A stretch of DNA of 56,327 bases from Fidelibacterota bacterium (GTDB lineage Bacteria > Fidelibacterota > Fidelibacteria > Fidelibacterales > Fidelibacteraceae). The notes under the pieces were generated by a model. The model saw only the letters and a list, made by a program, of their open reading frames with translations, was not told the DNA's origin and made no database searches. Location of the stretch: contig JAYEOX010000027.1 in NCBI GenBank assembly GCA_034723415.1, positions 1 to 56,327 on the forward strand. Direction: 5' to 3'. Made by a program: the position numbers and the translations under genes. Positions 38,336 to 47,509 of this stretch are shown here, in pieces. How positions within the stretch are numbered: position 1 is the stretch's first letter; each line of letters starts with the position of its first letter.

Positions 38336-39537
38336 AAATATTTAAAAAATACGATAAAAAATTGTGGGTGTTGATGGGTGGCTTGTCAATAACTGCTATG
38401 GGATTTGGAGCTATTGTTCCATTTCTAAGCATTTATTTTCACTCGACTAAAGGTATTTCTATGAGTGCCGTTGGAACATTTTTCCTTTTTGCATCGGTTG
38501 CAAGAGCTTTTTCACAGATGATTGGTGGAGAATTATCAGATCATATTGGCAGGAAGAAAATACTTTTATGGTCACAATTTAGCCGTGTAATAATCATGGC
38601 TTCAACCGGTTATGCAGTATTTCTTGATATGAATTATTGGGTTATCGCCGGAATAATTTTTCTAAATTACCTTTTAGCTTCATCGTTTTTTCCTGTATCA
38701 AGTGCAATGATAGTTGATCTGTTTCCTGAAGAGGATAGAGTGGAAGGTTTTTCAATAATGAGAACAGCAATTAATTTTGGTTGGGGAATGGGACCGGCTA
38801 TTGGTGGATTTTTATCGATATTTGGTTTTGAATATTTGTTCTATTTTACAGCTTTTAGTTCATTAATTTCCGGGGTGCTAATTCTATTTAATATTAAAGA
38901 GACGAATGTGTTAATAAAAAAAGGAAGCAAAAAATTATCTTATTTATTTACAAATATTAAATTTAATAAATATTTGATAATATTTCTAATTTCAACAATA
39001 TTTTTGTATCTCACTTGGGGACAATTCGTATCCACACTTTCTGTTTTTATGAATGATAATATACAATTGACGCACAAGAATATTGGTTATATTTACACTT
39101 ATAATGGACTTCTTGTAATATTATTTCAAATTTATATTAGCAGAAAAGTTAAAAAATTTAATATGTTCAAGATCATTATTGCCGGATCGTTACTATTTTT
39201 TATAGGATATTCTCTATTAGGATTTGCCGATAGCTTTTTGGGAATAATGCTGTTTGTAACTATCTTTACTTTTGGTGAAATGTTAGCCGGTCCGACCGGT
39301 AATACGATCATAAGCAATATGTCACCAAAGGGACAATATGGAAGATATCAGGGATTATATGGATTAGTTACAACAACCGGTTGGTCTTTAGGACCTTTTA
39401 TTGGCGGAATATGTATTGATTTAATACCAAATGTAAAAATTCTTTGGTTGTTTTTAGCATCTTTTGCTCTGATTGCTTCAATTGGATTTTTATTATTATA
39501 CAGAGATAAAAGTAAAATTAAATATGAAAAATTATAG
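38329..39537 (+). CDS. MFS transporter
   Basis: 12 predicted TM segments and a GELSDHIGRKK loop (MFS motif A). Confidence 0.85.
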   Translation: MLEIFKKYDKKLWVLMGGLSITAMGFGAIVPFLSIYFHSTKGISMSAVGTFFLFASVARAFSQMIGGELSDHIGRKKILLWSQFSRVIIMASTGYAVFLDMNYWVIAGIIFLNYLLASSFFPVSSAMIVDLFPEEDRVEGFSIMRTAINFGWGMGPAIGGFLSIFGFEYLFYFTAFSSLISGVLILFNIKETNVLIKKGSKKLSYLFTNIKFNKYLIIFLISTIFLYLTWGQFVSTLSVFMNDNIQLTHKNIGYIYTYNGLLVILFQIYISRKVKKFNMFKIIIAGSLLFFIGYSLLGFADSFLGIMLFVTIFTFGEMLAGPTGNTIISNMSPKGQYGRYQGLYGLVTTTGWSLGPFIGGICIDLIPNVKILWLFLASFALIASIGFLLLYRDKSKIKYEKL

Positions 39538-39554
39538 ATGAATGGATTTGAAAA

Positions 39555-40004
39555 ATGAAGAAATTAATTACAACAGTAAAAGTTCGAAGTTATGAATTAG
39601 ATTCTTTCAAACATATAAATAACGGTGTTTATGCTCATTATCTTGAAAAAGCTCGTGGTGACTATCTTCAACAAATTGGTCTTACTTTTACAAGTTTTGA
39701 TGAATTAAAAGCTTGGCCGGTAATTGCACATTTGGAAATTGATTATAAATATCCGGCTTTTTTTGGTGAAGAACTTTCAATCGAAGCTGTGGTATCAGCA
39801 TTAGGAAAATCCTCAATTACATTAAATTATAAAATGTATAATCAGGATAGAAAGTTAATAATTACAGCATCTACGAGGATGGTATTTGTTGGAGAAAATG
39901 GAAAACCAACACAAATGCCGGAAGTATTTAGAAAGGGGTTTGTTAAATACGGAGACAGGAAACTGGAAACCGGAGACCGGAAACGGCAAAATAAAAGGAG
40001 TTAA
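39555..40004 (+). CDS. Acyl-CoA thioesterase (4HBT/YbgC family) with a repeat-encoded C-terminal tail
   Basis: VRSYELDSFKHINNGVYAHYLEKAR hot-dog motif. The last ~18 aa (YGDRKLETGDRKRQNKRS) are translated from heptamer array C. Confidence 0.8.
   Translation: MKKLITTVKVRSYELDSFKHINNGVYAHYLEKARGDYLQQIGLTFTSFDELKAWPVIAHLEIDYKYPAFFGEELSIEAVVSALGKSSITLNYKMYNQDRKLIITASTRMVFVGENGKPTQMPEVFRKGFVKYGDRKLETGDRKRQNKRS
39951..39992 (+). repeat. Degenerate heptamer array C, (GGANNNN)x6, overlapping the thioesterase 3' end
   Basis: ggagaca ggaaact ggaaacc ggagacc ggaaacg gcaaaat. It starts (GGAGACAGGAAA) and ends (AAAAT) like array A. Confidence 0.9.
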
Positions 40005-40090
40005 CCAAAAGGAGTAATAAAAATTAGAAAAAGGAGGTTTTAGATAGAGGAAGAAGAACGGAGAGTGAAAGCCTAAAAATAATAAATAAG

Positions 40091-40125
40091 TTTTTCTTTT
40101 CTCCTGTTTCTGTTTTCCGGTTTCT
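40091..40125 (-). repeat. Heptamer array D (inverted orientation)
   Basis: The reverse complement reads agaaacc ggaaaac agaaaca ggagaaa agaaaaa. tccggtttc (40116-40124) is the exact complement of gaaaccgga (39966-39974). Confidence 0.85.
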
Positions 40126-40137
40126 GAAAAAATAACA

Positions 40138-41457
40138 ATGAAAAATATATTTAAAATAAAAAATTTAATTAAAAAAATAATATCCGTTTTTCGTTCTTCG
40201 TTTTTCGTTCTTCGTTATTTTATCCTAATAATTTTTATTGTTACTAATATATTCGGAAAAATCTTGATTCCAATGGATGAAAGTCAAAATAATCATTTAA
40301 AAAGTTACGGAATTGCTTTTTGGGTATTGCAGAATGGTGAAAATGTTGATTGGCTATTAAATTACAGAGGTGGTTCTTTTGCGGTTGAAAATTACAGTAA
40401 CATCAAAAAGGAATGTCTGATCAGAGGAGTTACATTTGAAGAAGTAAGTGCATCTGAATATAATGCCATTTTAAGCACAATTGAAAATAATAATATGGAT
40501 GTAATGGTTTTAGAAAAAGAGCCGAAAATTGCCGTATATACACCTCCAAATAAGATGCCTTGGGATGATGCGGTTACATTGGCATTGACTTATGCTGAAA
40601 TTCCATATGAAACAATTTATGATAGAGAAATACTCCAAGGAAAGCTAAAAGAGTATGATTGGTTACATTTACATCACGAGGATTTTACAGGACAATACGG
40701 TAAATTTTATAGAAATTATAGAAATACAAGTTGGTATAAAAATGATAAAAGAACTCAGGAGGCACTAGCATCTTCTCTTGGATTTGAAAAAGTATCAAAA
40801 TTAAAACGATCTATTGCTTTTTATATAAAAAAATATGTAGCTCAAGGTGGGTTTATGTTTGCGATGTGTGCAGCAACTGATTCTTATGAAATTGCTTTAG
40901 CTTCTAAAAATATAGATATAGTTGCTTCGGTTTTTGATGGTGATGGAGTTGATAATAATATACAAAGCAAATTGGATTTTAGTCAAACATTTGCTTTTGA
41001 GAATTTTAAATTAATTACGAATCCATTGATCTATGAATTTTCAAATATTGATATTCCACCGAGTAATAAGCCATTTCTAACAAATCCAAGCAAAGATTAT
41101 TTTTCACTTTTTGAATTTTCTGCCAAATTTGATCCGGTTCCAACAATGCTTACACAAGATCACCGTTCGATCATTAAGGGATTTATGGGACAAACTACCG
41201 GATTTAATAGAAAGGTTATAAAGAAACATGTATTAATAATGGGTGAAGTTAAAAATACAGATATGGTAAAATATATTCATGGAAATTACGGAAAAGGAAC
41301 ATTTACATACTATGGTGGGCACGATCCGGCTGATTATAAACATTTTGTTGGTGATCCGCCTACAAATTTAGATCTACATAAAAACAGTCCGGGTTACAGG
41401 TTAATATTAAATAATGTTTTGTTTCCGGCAGCTAAAAAGCAGAAGAGGAAGACATAA
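40138..41457 (+). CDS. Conserved secreted/membrane-anchored protein of unknown function
   Basis: 439 aa with an N-terminal hydrophobic anchor. Strongly conserved-looking blocks: LLNYRGGSF, LTYAEIPYE, HLHHEDFTGQYGKF, PGYRLILNNVLFPAA. From memory this matches an FCB-group family often mislabelled 'asparagine synthetase B'; unverified. Confidence 0.7.
   Translation: MKNIFKIKNLIKKIISVFRSSFFVLRYFILIIFIVTNIFGKILIPMDESQNNHLKSYGIAFWVLQNGENVDWLLNYRGGSFAVENYSNIKKECLIRGVTFEEVSASEYNAILSTIENNNMDVMVLEKEPKIAVYTPPNKMPWDDAVTLALTYAEIPYETIYDREILQGKLKEYDWLHLHHEDFTGQYGKFYRNYRNTSWYKNDKRTQEALASSLGFEKVSKLKRSIAFYIKKYVAQGGFMFAMCAATDSYEIALASKNIDIVASVFDGDGVDNNIQSKLDFSQTFAFENFKLITNPLIYEFSNIDIPPSNKPFLTNPSKDYFSLFEFSAKFDPVPTMLTQDHRSIIKGFMGQTTGFNRKVIKKHVLIMGEVKNTDMVKYIHGNYGKGTFTYYGGHDPADYKHFVGDPPTNLDLHKNSPGYRLILNNVLFPAAKKQKRKT
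40184..40218 (-). repeat. Heptamer array E (inverted orientation), inside the first codons of the 40138 CDS; contains a perfect 14-bp tandem duplication
   Basis: ccgtttt tcgttct tcgtttt tcgttct tcgttat. gtttttcgttcttc occurs at 40186-40199 and again at 40200-40213. Confidence 0.9.
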
Positions 41458-41504
41458 TTGGTGAGTGGGTGACTTTGTGAAAGAGAGACAAGGAGATAGG
41501 GAGG

Positions 41505-41544
41505 CTTTGTGACTTTGAGATTTTGTGACTTTGAGACTTTGAGA
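41505..41544 (+). repeat. Octamer tandem array F (CTTTGWGA x5)
   Basis: ctttgtga ctttgaga ttttgtga ctttgaga ctttgaga, plus an orphan unit at 41473-41480. Preceded by a GGA-type purine patch aagagagacaaggagatagggagg (41481-41504). Confidence 0.9.
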
Positions 41545-41768
41545 TTAGGTAACAATGGATTTAAAATATATTTGGTTGTGGAATTTAAAAATCTCAATTT
41601 CAAAATGATTATTTATTAAATTATTAGTATTCTTGTGGTTCTCTTTGTGTTTTTTGCGAAGACGGCGTTAAAATTAAAATTCTAAAAATGAAACTTGATT
41701 AATTAAAAATAATTCTTTAATTTATGACTAAAATAAGGGAGAAGTAAAATAATAAAAGAGAGGATAAA

Positions 41769-43628
41769 ATGACAAAAAAAGTAGAATCTTATGAATATCA
41801 GGCAGAAATAAAAAAAGTATTAGATGTAGTAATACATTCATTATATACAAATAAGGATATCTTTATTCGAGAATTAATTTCAAATGCTGCCGATGCTTTG
41901 GAAAAATTTAGGCATGTTTCATTAACTGAGGAAGATATTATTGAAAAAGACCTGCCTTTGAATATTAAAATTGAATTGAATGAGAAGTCGAGAACTTTTA
42001 CTATTTCAGATACCGGAATTGGAATGACAAAAGATGAATTGATCCAAAATTTAGGAACTGTAGCTCATTCAGGTTCAAAAGAATTTTTAGAAAAGTTAGC
42101 TAAGAACAAAGAAAATGCAGCTAAATTAATCGGTCAATTTGGTCTTGGGTTTTATTCGGTCTTTATGGTTTCTCAAAAAGTAAGAGTGATCACAAGATCC
42201 TATAAAAAGGGTTCTAAAGGTTATATTTGGACTTCTGATGGTGTAAATAATTATTCTATTACACAAGAAGAAGGCATTAAACGAGGAACAAGAATTGTAG
42301 TGGATCTAAATAAAGAGTATAAAAAATATGCTGAAGAAGACAATGTAAAAAATATAATTAAAGAATATTCTAATTTTGTCTCTTCACCAATTTTTATAGA
42401 TGATAAAAAAATCAACACAGTTCAAGCGATTTGGGTGAAAAATTCAAATGAAGTAAAAGATAAGGAATATGATGAATTCTATAAATTTTTAACAAATTCA
42501 CCATCCGAACCGTTTTTCCATTTGCATACTTCATCAGATGCACCAATTCAATTAAAGACATTATTGTTCTTTCCAAAAGAGAACATGGAAATGTTTGGAT
42601 TTAACAGAATGGAACCCGGAGTAAATCTTTACTGTAATAAAATTTTAATTGAGTCAAAAGTAAAGGAAATATTGCCTGATTATTTACGATTTGTAAAAGG
42701 TGTGGTAGATTCTGAAGATCTGCCTTTGAATATTTCAAGAGAGACATTACAAGATAATTTAATTGTTTCAAAAATAAAGAAATTCTTGACAAAAAGAGTT
42801 ATTTCTTTTTTAATCGATCAGGCTAAAAAAGACGAAAAAAAATATCTCGAGTTCTGGAAAACTTTCGCACCATTTATTAAAGAGGGAATTAATAGCGATT
42901 TTGACAATAGACATAAACTTGCAAAATTATTAAGATTTGAAACAAGTAAGACGAAAGAGAGTGAATTAACTTCTTTTGATGAATATCTTAAAAGAGCAAA
43001 AAAGGATCAAAAAGAAATTTATTTTCTGAATGGCAAAACTCGTCACGAGATTGAAAACAGTCCATATTTGGAGACATTTAAAGCGTCAGATATTGAGGTA
43101 ATTTATCTTTATGAAGCAATTGATGACTTTACGATGTCAGCATTAGAAAACTACGACAAGAAAAAAATTGTATCCGCTGACAAATCAGATATTAAAATTC
43201 CTAAGAAGGAAGAAGACAAAAAGGATGATAAAAAATCAACTGAAAATATTGAAAAATTGACAAAGTGGATGGAAAAATTATTTGAAAAGAAGCTTGAAAA
43301 AGTTACTTTATCGGATAGATTGGTAAATTCTCCTGCAATAATTGTAAATCCTGATGACAAAATGACACAAAATATGCAGAAGATTTTGAAAGATGCAAAA
43401 GGTGATATGTTTCCAGCAGGGAAGAAGATATTAGAAATTAATCCAAAACACAAACTGATCAAAAAATTATCAAAATTGGTTGATAGTAAAAAAGATGAAA
43501 AGTTAATTACACAAATTGCCGAACAGATTTATGACAATGCTTTGTTTAATGCCGGAATGGATTTAGATAAATCGAAAATGGTTAACAGAATGAATGATAT
43601 TTTGGAACAAACTTTAAAATCTAAATAG
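41769..43628 (+). CDS. htpG: Molecular chaperone HtpG (Hsp90)
   Basis: IFIRELISNAADA, GTVAHSGSKEF, IGQFGLGFYS and LPLNISRE motifs. Confidence 0.95.
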   Translation: MTKKVESYEYQAEIKKVLDVVIHSLYTNKDIFIRELISNAADALEKFRHVSLTEEDIIEKDLPLNIKIELNEKSRTFTISDTGIGMTKDELIQNLGTVAHSGSKEFLEKLAKNKENAAKLIGQFGLGFYSVFMVSQKVRVITRSYKKGSKGYIWTSDGVNNYSITQEEGIKRGTRIVVDLNKEYKKYAEEDNVKNIIKEYSNFVSSPIFIDDKKINTVQAIWVKNSNEVKDKEYDEFYKFLTNSPSEPFFHLHTSSDAPIQLKTLLFFPKENMEMFGFNRMEPGVNLYCNKILIESKVKEILPDYLRFVKGVVDSEDLPLNISRETLQDNLIVSKIKKFLTKRVISFLIDQAKKDEKKYLEFWKTFAPFIKEGINSDFDNRHKLAKLLRFETSKTKESELTSFDEYLKRAKKDQKEIYFLNGKTRHEIENSPYLETFKASDIEVIYLYEAIDDFTMSALENYDKKKIVSADKSDIKIPKKEEDKKDDKKSTENIEKLTKWMEKLFEKKLEKVTLSDRLVNSPAIIVNPDDKMTQNMQKILKDAKGDMFPAGKKILEINPKHKLIKKLSKLVDSKKDEKLITQIAEQIYDNALFNAGMDLDKSKMVNRMNDILEQTLKSK

Positions 43629-43735
43629 TACAGTTTACAATCTGTTGTGTTTTATTATTACTTGAATTTTACTTTAGTAATACAAAGATAACTAAATGCA
43701 ATAGTGTTAGTTAACATACCATTCGTAAAGGTTAT

Positions 43736-45040
43736 ATGAAAAAATATTACATAGAAACTTACGGTTGTCAGATGAACGAAGCAGATAGTGAAGTCGTTCA
43801 AGGAATATTAGAAAATGAAGAATTAACCAGAACAAATTCATTAGAAGAAGCGGATGTAATTTTATTGAATACTTGTAGTGTTAGGGAAAAACCAGAACAG
43901 AAAATTTACTCTCGACTTGGAAGAATTAATAAAATTCTACCTAAAGAAAATAATCCTAAAATTGGTGTAATTGGCTGTATGGCACAAAATTTAAAAGGTG
44001 AAATTTTCAAGAAAAATAATCAAGTTAATTTTGTACTTGGACCTGATTCATATAGAAAATTACCGGAAATAATAAAAACTCACAAAAAGCATATTGCATA
44101 TACTGATTTATCAGAGACAGAAGTATATGATGATCTGTTTCCTTCAAGGGAATCTGGAATGAATGCTTGGATTACAATTATGCGCGGTTGTAATAAATTT
44201 TGTACTTATTGCATTGTACCGTACACTCGTGGAAGAGAGAGAAGTAAATCATTAAAAAGTGTTCTAAAAGAGATTGAAAATGCTGCAAACAATGGTTTTA
44301 TTGAAGTAACACTATTAGGACAAAATGTTAATTCATATAATTATAAAGGTAAAAATTTTACAGATTTACTTAGTGAAGTTGTAAAAATTGAGAAAATAAA
44401 AAGAATTAGATATGTTTCTCCGCATCCGTCAGATATTACCGAAGAATTATTAAAATTACATAAAGATCATTTTCCAAAATTAGCCGATCATATTCATTTA
44501 CCCTTACAATCCGGATCAGATAATATTTTAAAAGCGATGAATAGAAATTATACACAAGAACATTTTTTATTATTAGCAAGGAAAATAAAAGAATATGTTC
44601 CAGATATGTCAATTACGACTGATATGATAGTTGGTTTTCCCGGTGAGACAGAAGAGGATTTTCAAGAAACTTTAAAAGTCATGAATGAAATTAAGTTCGA
44701 TTCTTCATTTATGTTTAAATATTCTCCACGACCACATAGTAAAGCTTATAAAATGAAAGACAATGTTAGTGAAGAGGATAAATCAAGGCGTCTTTCAGAA
44801 ATGATAGAATTACAAAAAAAACATACGCTTTTTAGGAATGAAGAATTAGTTGGAAAGGAAGTTAAAATAATTGTTGAGGGATTCAGCAAGAAATCAAAAT
44901 CAGAAATGATGGGAAGAACTTCAGGCAATAAAATAGTAATATTTCCGGCTATTGATAATTCAGGAGAAAAAATTAAGGTTAAATCAATTTTAAATAAAAC
45001 AATTATAGGTACAAAAGGTGTTACACTTTTTGCAAAATGA
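43736..45040 (+). CDS. miaB: tRNA-i6A37 methylthiotransferase MiaB
   Basis: N-terminal YIETYGCQMNEADSE, radical-SAM CNKFCTYC, and a C-terminal TRAM domain. Confidence 0.9.
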   Translation: MKKYYIETYGCQMNEADSEVVQGILENEELTRTNSLEEADVILLNTCSVREKPEQKIYSRLGRINKILPKENNPKIGVIGCMAQNLKGEIFKKNNQVNFVLGPDSYRKLPEIIKTHKKHIAYTDLSETEVYDDLFPSRESGMNAWITIMRGCNKFCTYCIVPYTRGRERSKSLKSVLKEIENAANNGFIEVTLLGQNVNSYNYKGKNFTDLLSEVVKIEKIKRIRYVSPHPSDITEELLKLHKDHFPKLADHIHLPLQSGSDNILKAMNRNYTQEHFLLLARKIKEYVPDMSITTDMIVGFPGETEEDFQETLKVMNEIKFDSSFMFKYSPRPHSKAYKMKDNVSEEDKSRRLSEMIELQKKHTLFRNEELVGKEVKIIVEGFSKKSKSEMMGRTSGNKIVIFPAIDNSGEKIKVKSILNKTIIGTKGVTLFAK

Positions 45041-45044
45041 TAAT

Positions 45045-45656
45045 ATGAAAAAGAAAGTATTATTGGTCTTAAATGGCAAAATAGAAGAAGAATCTCTTTT
45101 AAAAACACTTGTCAAGTCAAATGACATAATCATTACTACTGACGGCAGTTACGATAGTCTATTTAAATTGAATATTGTTCCTGATATTGTTATTGGAGAT
45201 TTAGATTCTATTAAATCAATTCCCAAAAACGTTAAGATAATTAAAGAAACTGATCAAGAGAGAAGCGATTTTGAAAAAGCACTAATTTGGCTTAAAAAAA
45301 ATGATTATTCTGAAATATCAGTAATAGGAATTACGGGTGGAAGAGTCGATCATTTATTAATTAATTTTGCTATTGTTTATAAATATTTTGAAGAACTTGA
45401 TTTGACAATTTATACAAATAATGAAATAATGAAAATATTAACTCCCGAAAAACATATTATCAATGGACATAAAGATGATCTATTTTCAATTATTGCATTA
45501 CCGAAAGTAAAGGATCTTATCATTAAAGGCGCAAAATATTCAATAAATGAAAAAGAATTTGATATTGGCAGTCAAGGATTAAGCAATCAATTTGTTTCAG
45601 AAAGTATTGAAATTTCATTCACAAGTGGTATTATTGTTTTTATTAGATCAATTTAA
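45045..45656 (+). CDS. Thiamine pyrophosphokinase
   Basis: GDLDS motif and GITGGRVDH. I prefer the ATG at 45045 (MKKKVLLVLNG), which lies after the miaB stop, over the tracked GTG at 45018. Confidence 0.75.
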   Translation: MKKKVLLVLNGKIEEESLLKTLVKSNDIIITTDGSYDSLFKLNIVPDIVIGDLDSIKSIPKNVKIIKETDQERSDFEKALIWLKKNDYSEISVIGITGGRVDHLLINFAIVYKYFEELDLTIYTNNEIMKILTPEKHIINGHKDDLFSIIALPKVKDLIIKGAKYSINEKEFDIGSQGLSNQFVSESIEISFTSGIIVFIRSI

Positions 45657-45668
45657 AAAAACTCCATT

Positions 45669-47063
45669 ATGAAAATAGAACTCTCAAATATTGATATATT
45701 TATAATAATTGCATATTTAGTTATTCTTTTTCTGATAGGATTTATAAGGAAATCGAATGATAAAAGTTCTGATAATTACTTTTTATCAGGACGTAGAATA
45801 ACAACACCAATTTTTATTATGACCTTAGTATCTACTTGGTATGGTGGGATTCTCGGTATTGGAGAATTTACATATCAATATGGGATCAGTAATTGGTTAG
45901 TATTCGCATTCCCATACTATATTTTTGCATTTATTTTTGCAATTTTTCTCGCTAAAAAAATACAGAAAAACAAAAATTATACAATTCCCGAATTAATTGA
46001 AAAGAAATATGGATATTTACCATCAATTGTTTCTTCATTTTTTGTATTTTTTTTGATTTCACCTGCTCCATATTTGTTGATTGTGGGAGTAATATTTTCG
46101 CTAATATTTCCTGGTAGTAATATTTTTTGGGCAATTATTATCTTTATTATTTCCTCATTTTATCTTTATAAAAAAGGATTTAAAAGTGTAGTTCAGACAG
46201 ATATTTTACAATTTTCATTAATGTTTATTGGTTTCATTGTTTTATTTATTATGTTAATGGCAAAATATCCAATCATTAATCAATTTAAACTTCATTTGCC
46301 ACAATCGCACTTATCATTAACCGGTGGTTTGCCAATTACATATTTAATTTCTTGGTTTTTTATTGCATTGTGGACAATAGTTGATCCGGGATTTCATCAA
46401 AGATGTTCAGCGGCAAAATCTCCCAAAGTTGCCAGAAATGGAATTTTACTTAGCATTATTTTTTGGGCAATTTTTGATATGTTGACACTTACAATTGGGT
46501 TATATGCGAAAACACTTTTACCAAATATTGAACCAATTTACACATATCCTTTAATTGCTGCGAAAATGCTGCCAATTGGAATGTTGGGTCTGTTTTTTAC
46601 AGGTTTGATCGCCACTGTAATGTCAACTTTAGATTCATATCTTTTTATTTCGGCACAAACGGTCGGGTATGATATTTTGTATAAATCAGGTATGAAAATT
46701 AGTAAAAATAACTCTGTAAAAATCGGATATTTAATAACTGGAATTACAGCAATTATTCTGTTATTTCTTTTTCCATCTGTAATAAAATTATGGTATTTGA
46801 TCGGTTCAATAATTATTCCAACTATTTTATTACCCGTGATTTTTGCTTTTACAAAAAAACAATTTCCCTCTAAAGTTATAATTTTATCGATGATCGGTTC
46901 ATTTAGCATTTCATTAATTTGGCTTTTATATGGAATCGTGAATAAAAATATTTCCGGTAATCAGTATTTATTTTCGATAGAACCATTTTATCCCGGAATG
47001 TTGTTTAGTTTGGTTGTTATTTTTGGGTGGATTTTATTTAAAGATAATAAAATTAAAAACTAA
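45669..47063 (+). CDS. Sodium:solute symporter family transporter
   Basis: About 13 TM segments and SSS-like loops (GRRITTP, STWYGGILG). It is adjacent to panD, so a pantothenate/beta-alanine-related substrate is conceivable but unsupported. Confidence 0.8.
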   Translation: MKIELSNIDIFIIIAYLVILFLIGFIRKSNDKSSDNYFLSGRRITTPIFIMTLVSTWYGGILGIGEFTYQYGISNWLVFAFPYYIFAFIFAIFLAKKIQKNKNYTIPELIEKKYGYLPSIVSSFFVFFLISPAPYLLIVGVIFSLIFPGSNIFWAIIIFIISSFYLYKKGFKSVVQTDILQFSLMFIGFIVLFIMLMAKYPIINQFKLHLPQSHLSLTGGLPITYLISWFFIALWTIVDPGFHQRCSAAKSPKVARNGILLSIIFWAIFDMLTLTIGLYAKTLLPNIEPIYTYPLIAAKMLPIGMLGLFFTGLIATVMSTLDSYLFISAQTVGYDILYKSGMKISKNNSVKIGYLITGITAIILLFLFPSVIKLWYLIGSIIIPTILLPVIFAFTKKQFPSKVIILSMIGSFSISLIWLLYGIVNKNISGNQYLFSIEPFYPGMLFSLVVIFGWILFKDNKIKN

Positions 47064-47149
47064 AAATTATTTACATTTATACTTTTATTTTTGAATAATA
47101 TTTTTATATATTATAACAAGTGTAAAGTGAATATAAATGAAGAGATATT

Positions 47150-47506
47150 ATGTTTAAAGAATATTTAAAATCGAAAATACACGAAGCTACAATTAATGAA
47201 GCTAATTTGAATTATACCGGAAGTATTGAAATTGACGAGGAATTAATGAAAGCTTCAAATATAAGAGAATTTGAAAAAGTTTTGGTAGCAAATATAGATA
47301 ATGGTAATAGGTTTGAAACCTATGTAATAAAAGGCAAATGGGGAGAGAAAAAAATCGGATTAAACGGGGCTGCTGCCAGATTAGGTGAAGTTGGTGATAG
47401 AATTATTATTATGTCTTTTGCCTTTTTAGATGAAAAAGAAGAAGCAAATTTTAAGCCCAAAATTGTAATATTAGATGAAAAAAATAATATAATACAAAAA
47501 TTATAA
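47150..47506 (+). CDS. panD: Aspartate 1-decarboxylase (pyruvoyl-dependent)
   Basis: LKSKIHEATINEANLNYTGSIEID contains the Gly-Ser self-cleavage site. Confidence 0.9.
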   Translation: MFKEYLKSKIHEATINEANLNYTGSIEIDEELMKASNIREFEKVLVANIDNGNRFETYVIKGKWGEKKIGLNGAAARLGEVGDRIIIMSFAFLDEKEEANFKPKIVILDEKNNIIQKL

Positions 47507-47509
47507 TTT

